DNA from: a virus
Lineage: Duplodnaviria > Caudoviricetes
Virus record (IMG/VR): IMGVR_UViG_3300037541_000969
Coordinates: 1-26,832 of that record
DNA: 26,832 nt
Strand: one strand, 5' to 3'
In this document: positions 8,998 through 15,390 of the stretch, in pieces
Position numbering within the stretch: the stretch's first letter is position 1
Layout: every line of letters begins with the position of its first letter
Translations under genes and position numbers: made by a program
The notes under the pieces: generated by a model
The model's database searches: none
Seen by the model: the letters and a program-made list of their open reading frames with translations, nothing else
Told to the model about the DNA's origin: nothing

Positions 8998-9272
8998 TTT
9001 TGGGGTGTCTGAAATTTTTTGAGCTCTGCTTGGCTGGCTTGAAATTCATGGACTCGGTAGGCGCGGCCGGGGGCGATTTTTTCAAAAGCGGATTTGATAT
9101 TTTCGGCTTCGACTTGGTTGTCCATAAAACCAAAAACCAAGATGACATTGTGCCATTCGTTCATGGCCGGGCTGTATTGTTGGACAATGCTGACTTCTTT
9201 TTTTTCGACGGGATAAAACAAATACACAAGCAGGACGATGCCTGCGGCGATCCAAAGAAAATCATTTTTCAT
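8994..9272 (-). CDS. Small membrane-anchored protein, 92 aa
   Basis: ATG at 9272 (MKNDFLWIAAGIVLLVYLF...) gives an N-terminal TM helix. Its stop overlaps the lipoprotein start by 4 nt. Confidence 0.65.
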   Translation of the reverse strand: MKNDFLWIAAGIVLLVYLFYPVEKKEVSIVQQYSPAMNEWHNVILVFGFMDNQVEAENIKSAFEKIAPGRAYRVHEFQASQAELKKFQTPQK

Positions 9273-9282
9273 AGCGGGGTGG

Positions 9283-9627
9283 TCAGGTCGTGGATTTGCG
9301 CCGTCCACCCTTCTGGTAGCGTGCGGTCTTGGGAGTTGAGGATCCACCACCGGAGGTCTCGGTAGAGGGACGGATCAATTTGCCCTGGGGCGTGGCGTTT
9401 CCCGGCTCGTTCATCATCCAGTGGGGGCTGTCGGGCATGGCTTGGCCGTGCATGGGGGGTGCGGCGCGGCGGGCGCGGTATTCGCGGATGGCTTCTTGAA
9501 CGATGCGGCTGGCGCTCCAGTTTTCACCGAGCGTTTGGGTGCGTGATTGGGCTTCTTTTTTTAGCCATTCGGAGACTTCGGGCGGCAGCGAAACGCTGAC
9601 TTTTTCGAAGTTTGGTTTTTTCTTCAT
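9283..9627 (-). CDS. Ribbon-helix-helix regulator with a long disordered C-terminal tail; putative immunity repressor, 114 aa
   Basis: FEKVSVSLPPEVSEWLKKEA...SASRIVQEAIREY is an RHH (Arc/CopG-like) pattern. It occupies the CI position, heading the leftward lysogeny operon. Confidence 0.72.
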   Translation of the reverse strand: MKKKPNFEKVSVSLPPEVSEWLKKEAQSRTQTLGENWSASRIVQEAIREYRARRAAPPMHGQAMPDSPHWMMNEPGNATPQGKLIRPSTETSGGGSSTPKTARYQKGGRRKSTT

Positions 9628-9795
9628 GCCTCCTTGGTAGCACTTCTTGCTACCGAGTGCAAAAAATATTTTGGCCCGCAGATCCTTTGTTTATGCGGGA
9701 GTCAAGTGTTTTTTTTGTATGGAGTGATCACCCCATTTATTTTTTCTCACATTTTTTGTTGCTACTTTTTGCCACTCGGTAGTAACAACTGCGCC
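9628..9795. promoter_or_regulatory. AT-rich divergent control region with TGCTAC(C)-type operator half-sites
   Basis: Inverted repeat GGTAGCA-N5-TGCTACC (9636-9654). TGTTGCTAC (9757-9765) pairs with GTAGTAACA (9779-9787). CTACCGAGTG (9650-9659) is the reverse complement of CACTCGGTAG (9773-9782). Confidence 0.7.
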
Positions 9796-9972
9796 ATGCA
9801 AATCGCATATGTAAAAACAAGCATCTCGATGCCGGCGGAGATGCTGGCTTGGGCGAAGGCCGAGTCGGTTGAGCAGGGCCACTTACCTCTGTCCCGCATT
9901 ATCGCCCAAGCGGTGAGGGAGAAGATGGAGAGGGCGGCCAAAGCCAAAACCAAAGGGGGGGCGAGGAAATGA
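9796..9972 (+). CDS. Ribbon-helix-helix protein in the Cro position, 58 aa
   Basis: ATG 9796; YVKTSISMPAEMLAWAKAES...LSRIIAQAVREKM is an RHH pattern similar to the divergent gene. First gene of the rightward early operon. Confidence 0.72.
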   Translation: MQIAYVKTSISMPAEMLAWAKAESVEQGHLPLSRIIAQAVREKMERAAKAKTKGGARK

Positions 9973-10157
9973 AATCTGCGGGGGAGATCGCAAGTGCTTT
10001 GGGTGTGGCGAAGGAGACGATTGAGTCGTGGGCTCGGGACTCAAAGATTCCGGCGTTTAAGGTGGGGCGGAGTTGGAAGTTTATCGAGGCGGATGTGCTG
10101 AAGGCTCTGCGGCTGTCGGGGAATGACCTGTCTCGAGCCATGGGGAGGGCGGCCTGA
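9969..10157 (+). CDS. Excisionase-like winged HTH protein (HTH_17 type), 62 aa
   Basis: SAGEIASALGVAKETIESWARDSKIPAFKVGRSWKF is a classic Xis/MerR-like pattern. ATGA-coupled to the previous gene. Confidence 0.82.
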   Translation: MKSAGEIASALGVAKETIESWARDSKIPAFKVGRSWKFIEADVLKALRLSGNDLSRAMGRAA

Positions 10158-10297
10158 TGAAACTCTGGCACTGCATGGCTAATGGGATCTTCGGGCCTTT
10201 TGGCGACTACATCTTGGCGGCGACCCCTGCGGAGGCGCGGCTGAAATTTTACAGGGAACACAAGTGCACCCCCACTCGGGTGGTGCTGGAGAGATAA
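10157..10297 (+). CDS. Hypothetical protein, 46 aa (not in the ORF track)
   Basis: TGATG coupling; translates as MKLWHCMANGIFGPFGDYILAATPAEARLKFYREHKCTPTRVVLER. Confidence 0.6.
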   Translation: MKLWHCMANGIFGPFGDYILAATPAEARLKFYREHKCTPTRVVLER

Positions 10298-10300
10298 TTT

Positions 10301-10423
10301 ATGGAACACGAAGTCATAGTGCGTCAGTTGCAGTTCGCGTGGGAATTTGCCCTCGCTGTCGGCCCAGCCGTTGTTTTGGGGGTCGCAACCTACTGGGTCA
10401 CCACATGGGGGGAGGCACGATGA
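10301..10423 (+). CDS. Small membrane peptide, 40 aa (not in the ORF track)
   Basis: MEHEVIVRQLQFAWEFALAVGPAVVLGVATYWVTTWGEAR has one hydrophobic helix and an ATGA overlap with the next gene. Confidence 0.55.
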   Translation: MEHEVIVRQLQFAWEFALAVGPAVVLGVATYWVTTWGEAR

Positions 10424-10683
10424 GCGCTTTCTGGGTGATCGATGTGGAGTCTCACCGCGAGAGCATCGGAACGAAAACGGTTTTCGGGCCGTTTGAGACG
10501 AGGAAACACGCCGAGAGTTTCATTGCCAACGACTTCGAGGGGTGGTGGAAGTCCACTGACCTGCCGCTCATGGACCGAGATGAGAATTCGAGCGGGACTT
10601 ACTTCATTCTGGAGCAAAAGGCCGAGGTGCGGCCGGTGGCCAAGATGACACTCAAAACCGTGCTGGTGGAGGAGTCTAAATGA
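10420..10683 (+). CDS. Hypothetical protein, 87 aa
   Basis: ATG 10420 preceded by GGAGG (MSAFWVIDVESH...); ATGA-coupled at both ends. Confidence 0.65.
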   Translation: MSAFWVIDVESHRESIGTKTVFGPFETRKHAESFIANDFEGWWKSTDLPLMDRDENSSGTYFILEQKAEVRPVAKMTLKTVLVEESK

Positions 10684-10832
10684 GCGCGGCGATGGGAATC
10701 CTGTTGGCGGTGCTGACGCTGGGGAGCTGCTACGCGAGCTACATGCTGGGGCGGGAGTCGATGTGGAAGGAACTCAAGAATCGCCGGGAAGAGGGCCGCC
10801 GGCGTTGGGAAGAATTTGATGACGAGGATTAA
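10680..10832 (+). CDS. Small membrane protein, 50 aa (not in the ORF track)
   Basis: MSAAMGILLAVLTLGSCYASYMLGRESMWKELKNRREEGRRRWEEFDDED: TM helix plus charged tail, with GGAG upstream. Confidence 0.6.
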   Translation: MSAAMGILLAVLTLGSCYASYMLGRESMWKELKNRREEGRRRWEEFDDED

Positions 10833-10836
10833 AATT

Positions 10837-11766
10837 ATGAAACTGAACATAGTAACAGGAAAACTACAGCGGGCGCAGCGCGTCTGCTTTTATGGGGTGG
10901 AGTCCGTGGGCAAAACCACGCTGGCCGCCAAAATGCCACAGCCGGTCTTTCTCGATGTGGAGAAGGGGACGGCGCACCTGGATGTGCCTCGGCAGGAGAT
11001 CGGGTCTTGGGCGGAGTTGCTGGAGGTGGTGCGGGAGCTGGCCTCGGGGAGCTACGGCTACAAGACGGTGGTGCTGGATTCCATCGATTGGGCAGAGCGC
11101 CTGTGTATCGAGGACTTGAAGGCGGAAAAGAAGATCAAGTCGCTGGAGGAGATTCCGTATGGCAAGGGCTTTACGATGGCCTCGGAGCGCATGGCTCGTT
11201 TTCTCAACGATCTGGATCGGCTGATCGATGCGGGGATCCATGTGGTTTTAATCGGGCATGCTCAGGTCAAGCGGGTGGAGCCGCCGGATCAAGTGCAAGC
11301 CTACGACCGATATGAGCTGAAGCTGATCAAGCAGGCTTCTCCGCTGGTGAAGGAATGGGTGGATCACCTGTTCTTTCTGAACTTCAAGACGCGCATCGTG
11401 GAGAGCGAATCTGGCAAGGCGAAGGGCCGAGGTGGCAAGGAGCGGGTGCTCTTTACGACCCATGCGGCGGCTTACGATGCGAAGACTCGCTCGGAGCTGG
11501 CGGATGAGTTGCCGCTGGAGTTTGCGAGCATTTCGTCCCTTTTCGGGGGGGTGAAGGCTCCGGTGGCGGCTGCGGCGCAGGCTTATGCGGCGGCGGAACC
11601 TCTGGAGGCCTTTCTCGAGCCGCATGCGGAGGTCGTGAATGCCTGGTTGCTCGCTAAGGGCAAAATCTCGGAGGGCCAGACTTGGCGGGACATGCCGCCG
11701 GCGCTTCGGGACCAAGTCTCGGCGAGGCCGGAGGATTTCCTCAAGGCGGTAACGAAGGCCGCATAG
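10837..11766 (+). CDS. Sak4-like AAA_24 ATPase (phage single-strand annealing recombinase)
   Basis: Walker A YGVESVGKTT, FLDVEKG, Walker B TVVLDSIDWAE and VVLIGH. Located with a Cas4-like nuclease and an SSB. Confidence 0.85.
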   Translation: MKLNIVTGKLQRAQRVCFYGVESVGKTTLAAKMPQPVFLDVEKGTAHLDVPRQEIGSWAELLEVVRELASGSYGYKTVVLDSIDWAERLCIEDLKAEKKIKSLEEIPYGKGFTMASERMARFLNDLDRLIDAGIHVVLIGHAQVKRVEPPDQVQAYDRYELKLIKQASPLVKEWVDHLFFLNFKTRIVESESGKAKGRGGKERVLFTTHAAAYDAKTRSELADELPLEFASISSLFGGVKAPVAAAAQAYAAAEPLEAFLEPHAEVVNAWLLAKGKISEGQTWRDMPPALRDQVSARPEDFLKAVTKAA

Positions 11767-11768
11767 CT

Positions 11769-12029
11769 ATGACACTCGAGAGGGCATGCAGGGAGGTTTT
11801 GGGGGAGGCGGGTGGATTGTATCACACCAAAACCTCCCCCGAGGGTGGTCTCGAACGAAGACTGCGGTTGGAGACCTACTCGCCAGGCGACATCCGAGCG
11901 CTGCCTCCCTACCTCTCGCCGCGGATCTGCGATGAGATCAACGCCGCCTGCGACCAGTGGCTGGCTGCCCGGGGAAAACTGACAGGAAGAGAATACGCAA
12001 AATTTATCAATAGCAATCATCATGAATAA
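11769..12029 (+). CDS. Hypothetical protein, 86 aa
   Basis: ATG 11769, 2 nt after the upstream stop. Fills the gap and overlaps the next start. Confidence 0.55.
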   Translation: MTLERACREVLGEAGGLYHTKTSPEGGLERRLRLETYSPGDIRALPPYLSPRICDEINAACDQWLAARGKLTGREYAKFINSNHHE

Positions 12030-13053
12030 TATACGACACAGCATGCTGCCGAAGCTGGCGGCTTGCCCGAAATACACACCGAAGCCTGGCGATGCGGGGT
12101 CAGCGGCGCAGCGGGGGACGGTGATGGATGAGGCTTTTCGTTTGGGGTTGCAGGGCGACCGCACCAAGATCGACGCGCTGCCGGCGGAGGACCGCCCAGC
12201 CGTGGAGTGGGCGGTCGCCCTCATGGAGGACTACAAGCGAACCGGCACCATCGAGACTCGGGAGGAGTATCTGGCGATGCATACGCCGGGAATTGCGCAC
12301 ATCGGCACGGCAGATGCGCTGTGCGAGAAGTTGGGCTGGGTGGCAGACCTCAAGACGGGGCAGTTACGCGGGTATGCCGAGCAGGTCGCGGCCTATTGTT
12401 ACGCCATGATGCACATGACTTTCGAGCAGGAATATACTGCTCATGTGCTTTACTGCGACCACCAAGTGGTGAAGAGCTACCGCTTCACCTTGGAGCAGGC
12501 GAAGGGGATCGTGGAACGCATTATTGCCGAAGTGAATGACCCCGCAGCGGAGCCTCGGGCGTCGGAATATTGCGGCTGGTGTGCCAATTACGATTCGTGC
12601 CCTGCCGTTGTGAAGCCTGTCGAGGAGGGCTTGGCCGTGATTGCCTCGGAGTCCCCTACCCTGTCTTCGATGCTGGAGCGGGTGATGGAGTCGCCGGAAA
12701 AGCTCGGGCAATTTGTGTCGCAGTGGAAGGCCGTGGAAAAAGCCATCGCCGAACCGGCTCTGGAGGCGCTCAAATCAATGCTCGAGGACGGCCGCGAGGT
12801 GGATGGCTGGAAGCTGACCGAGGTCAAGGGCCGCGAATACTTTGATGTCGAGGGGATTCTGTGGGTGGCGCGTGAGACGAATGCGCCGGTGGAATCCATC
12901 ATCCTGGCACTCGGCGGAAAAATGTCCGGCAAAGCCTACCGCGAGTGGGCGGCTCAACTGGGCAAAGAACCGCTGAATGCGCATGTGCGCACCGGATCTA
13001 CAACAAAACAACTCAGACAAGTGAAAACCAAACAAACCAAACAACTAAACTAA
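12022..13053 (+). CDS. Cas4-like PD-(D/E)XK exonuclease (DUF2800 type), 343 aa
   Basis: GTAD...VADLKTG and QVAAY motifs, N-terminal ACP plus CGWC...CP (four-Cys cluster staple), and C-terminal VDGWKL. Confidence 0.8.
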   Translation: MNNIRHSMLPKLAACPKYTPKPGDAGSAAQRGTVMDEAFRLGLQGDRTKIDALPAEDRPAVEWAVALMEDYKRTGTIETREEYLAMHTPGIAHIGTADALCEKLGWVADLKTGQLRGYAEQVAAYCYAMMHMTFEQEYTAHVLYCDHQVVKSYRFTLEQAKGIVERIIAEVNDPAAEPRASEYCGWCANYDSCPAVVKPVEEGLAVIASESPTLSSMLERVMESPEKLGQFVSQWKAVEKAIAEPALEALKSMLEDGREVDGWKLTEVKGREYFDVEGILWVARETNAPVESIILALGGKMSGKAYREWAAQLGKEPLNAHVRTGSTTKQLRQVKTKQTKQLN

Positions 13054-13054
13054 T

Positions 13055-13549
13055 ATGGACAACGAAAATAGATATGTGAACGAGTCGGGCCGATACCTGT
13101 GCAAGGTCAAGGCACCGGGCAATGGCTGGATCGGGGTGTCGGGGAGCGGGAGCGAATTCATTCGTGTGCCGTTGCTTGTGACCGATTCGGGCTCGCAAGA
13201 AGGACGCGAGATCGTGTGGCGGGGCTACCTGACGGAGGCCGCGGCGCGGCGGACGATCCAGACTCTAGACGATTGCTTCGGCAAGCAATGGGACATCAAG
13301 TCTTTGGCCAGCGGGTTGTCGAGCTTCGCCGGTCAGATGGCACGCATCACCGTGGACTCCGAGGAATACAACAACGAGACCCGGCACAAGGTGAAGTGGC
13401 TGAACCCTGCGGAGATGGCTCCGAAGAACGAGGTGGATGCCACGGTGATCGAGGCGCTGGCCGAGCGGGTGGCGAAGATCGACCGGGGCGATGATGTGAA
13501 GGTGCCAACGAAACCTGCACCCAAAACCTCGGACGACATTCCGTTTTAA
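13055..13549 (+). CDS. Phage single-stranded DNA-binding protein (DUF669-like)
   Basis: GRYLCKV at the N-terminus, EEYN...KVKWLN, and an acidic SSB tail DDIPF. Confidence 0.8.
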   Translation: MDNENRYVNESGRYLCKVKAPGNGWIGVSGSGSEFIRVPLLVTDSGSQEGREIVWRGYLTEAAARRTIQTLDDCFGKQWDIKSLASGLSSFAGQMARITVDSEEYNNETRHKVKWLNPAEMAPKNEVDATVIEALAERVAKIDRGDDVKVPTKPAPKTSDDIPF

Positions 13550-13551
13550 CC

Positions 13552-13779
13552 ATGAAAGGGATTCTGGAATACGACTTGCCGGAGGACGAGGCCGAGATGC
13601 GCTACGCTCAGTCGGGGCTGGATGCCTTGCTGGTGCTGAACGATCTGGACCAAGAGTGCCGGAGCCGTCTCAAGCACGGCGCCGGCGCGTTTGCCGACCT
13701 CGACGACAAGACCATCGAGGCCGTGCGGGATTGGGTGAGAGGCGCCTCGCAGCGTCGGAATTTGCCGGAGCTTATATGA
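13552..13779 (+). CDS. Hypothetical phage protein, 75 aa
   Basis: Tightly packed ORF (MKGILEYDLPEDE...) with an ATGA overlap to the next gene. Confidence 0.7.
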   Translation: MKGILEYDLPEDEAEMRYAQSGLDALLVLNDLDQECRSRLKHGAGAFADLDDKTIEAVRDWVRGASQRRNLPELI

Positions 13780-14216
13780 CCATCCTTGCCCTCGACCCCG
13801 GCACTACCGAGACGGCGTTTGTCCTTTGGGACGGGCGCCGGATCCTTGAGGCCGACCACCTGCCGAATGCGGAGATCCGCCAAATCCTCATCGGCCGCGA
13901 ATATGACAAGTGCGCCTGTGAGATGATCGCCTCCTACGGCATGGCGGTGGGAAAGGAGGTCTTCGAGACCTGTGTGTGGATTGGGCGGTTCGTGGAAGTG
14001 GCTCGGGTGGAGCCGCGCTTGGTCTACCGGCGCGATGCGAAACTCCACCTCTGCCACTCCCCCAGGGCGAAGGATGCCAATGTGCGGCAGGCGCTGATCG
14101 ACCGCCTTGGGCCGCAGGGCACGAAGAAACAACCCGGCCCGACCTACGGCATGCGCTCCCACCTGTGGGCGGCGCTGGCTGTGGCGGTGTATGCGGGGGA
14201 TGTGAAGGAAAACTAA
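13776..14216 (+). CDS. RuvC-like Holliday junction resolvase, 146 aa
   Basis: ATG 13776; ILALDPG, CACE, and a C-terminal HLWAALAVAV helix (the usual final Asp residues are not conserved). Confidence 0.75.
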   Translation: MTILALDPGTTETAFVLWDGRRILEADHLPNAEIRQILIGREYDKCACEMIASYGMAVGKEVFETCVWIGRFVEVARVEPRLVYRRDAKLHLCHSPRAKDANVRQALIDRLGPQGTKKQPGPTYGMRSHLWAALAVAVYAGDVKEN

Positions 14217-15373
14217 TGTGGATACTACCAAAGAATTTACAGCTATCGAGTGGTGCGCCGGATACGGCGGGATTCATCTCGGACTTAAACGAGCAATCCC
14301 AAATCTGCGCGTCATCGCTTATGGCGAGATCGAAGGCTTCGCCTGCGCGAACTTGGTTGCAAAAATGGAAGCGGGACTCTTGGACCCAGCACCTCTCTGG
14401 ACGGATATTAAGACCTTCCCATGCGAGGACTTTCGTGACCGAGTGGACCTCCTTGTGGCCGGTTACCCCTGCCAGCCATTTTCCGCAGCCGGAAAGCGCC
14501 TCGGCACAGACGACCCTCGCCACCTCTGGCCACACATCGCCAGATCAATACGAGTTATTCGACCTCGACTATGCTTCTTTGAGAATGTCGAAGGACACAT
14601 CAGCCTCGGACTCCGAGAAGTCATTGGAGAGCTGGAATCAATCGGTTACAAAGCGGCGTGGGGAATATTCAGCGCGGCTGAAGTCGGCGCACCGCACCAG
14701 AGGAAGCGGGTCTTCATCTTGGCCTACGACCAACGCACGAGATTGGAAGGATTCTGTCAATTCAGTTCCGCCATCAGTAGGTCAGACTCGAGGTCACAGC
14801 CTTGGAATGGCTGTAGCGGAGAAGAATTGGCCTACGACAGCAGCGCGGGATTACAAAGGAACATCTCCCAATTACTTAATGCGCAAGGATGGGAAGAGTC
14901 GAGCGGATCAGTTAGCTGTTGCGGTGGATTTGGAAGAACAGGTGAATTGGCCCACCCCAACGGTGCAGGAAGCGGGCAAGATTGGCAATCAAGCCAATCA
15001 TGGCCAATTAGCTTTAAGCAATCACCCCGCGATTCGCGGAGAAGTGAATCGGGACAAATACGACAAGGGCAAGCATGGCCTTCCCGCCCCGGCCAACCCC
15101 AGCACGGATGGGAGCCGCCAAGAGTCGTGGGCAACGCCAGAGTGCAAGAACCATGTAGGCTATCAAGTGGATCGGACAGGAGCGATGTGGCCACGGCTTG
15201 GGAGTCAAGTGGCAGGCAAGCTCAACCCCAGATGGGTCGAGACGCTGATGGGCCTTCCGGTGGGCTGGGTTATGCCGAGCTGCAAGTCTCCTGTGACAAT
15301 CGCACTGACGAGCTGCGACTCCTCGGAAACGGAGTCGTCCCTGCAACAGCCGAAAGAGCTTTTCGCGTTTTAA
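14216..15373 (+). CDS. Overlapping-frame methyltransferase partner polypeptide carrying motif IX and repeated WPT modules, 385 aa
   Basis: ATG 14216 is TAATG-coupled to the resolvase stop and the frame stays open for 1158 nt inside the MTase gene. LNPRWVETLMGLPVGW (15221 on) is a C5-MTase motif IX-like sequence absent from the other frame. Confidence 0.72.
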   Translation: MWILPKNLQLSSGAPDTAGFISDLNEQSQICASSLMARSKASPARTWLQKWKRDSWTQHLSGRILRPSHARTFVTEWTSLWPVTPASHFPQPESASAQTTLATSGHTSPDQYELFDLDYASLRMSKDTSASDSEKSLESWNQSVTKRRGEYSARLKSAHRTRGSGSSSWPTTNARDWKDSVNSVPPSVGQTRGHSLGMAVAEKNWPTTAARDYKGTSPNYLMRKDGKSRADQLAVAVDLEEQVNWPTPTVQEAGKIGNQANHGQLALSNHPAIRGEVNRDKYDKGKHGLPAPANPSTDGSRQESWATPECKNHVGYQVDRTGAMWPRLGSQVAGKLNPRWVETLMGLPVGWVMPSCKSPVTIALTSCDSSETESSLQQPKELFAF

Positions 15374-15390
15374 TAGAAGAACTTATTTAA
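14218..15390 (+). CDS. DNA (cytosine-5) methyltransferase, catalytic polypeptide, 390 aa
   Basis: Motif I EWCAGYGG, IV AGYPCQPFS, VI FFENVEG, VIII PHQRKRVF, X LRLLGNGVVP. GTG start; the stop is TAATG-coupled to the helicase. Confidence 0.9.
   Translation: MDTTKEFTAIEWCAGYGGIHLGLKRAIPNLRVIAYGEIEGFACANLVAKMEAGLLDPAPLWTDIKTFPCEDFRDRVDLLVAGYPCQPFSAAGKRLGTDDPRHLWPHIARSIRVIRPRLCFFENVEGHISLGLREVIGELESIGYKAAWGIFSAAEVGAPHQRKRVFILAYDQRTRLEGFCQFSSAISRSDSRSQPWNGCSGEELAYDSSAGLQRNISQLLNAQGWEESSGSVSCCGGFGRTGELAHPNGAGSGQDWQSSQSWPISFKQSPRDSRRSESGQIRQGQAWPSRPGQPQHGWEPPRVVGNARVQEPCRLSSGSDRSDVATAWESSGRQAQPQMGRDADGPSGGLGYAELQVSCDNRTDELRLLGNGVVPATAERAFRVLIEELI

Noticed and set aside
13976-14215. N-terminal extension of the overlapping MTase-partner ORF
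   Set aside because: It overlaps the resolvase gene and starts at a weak codon; the coupled ATG at 14216 is far more plausible.
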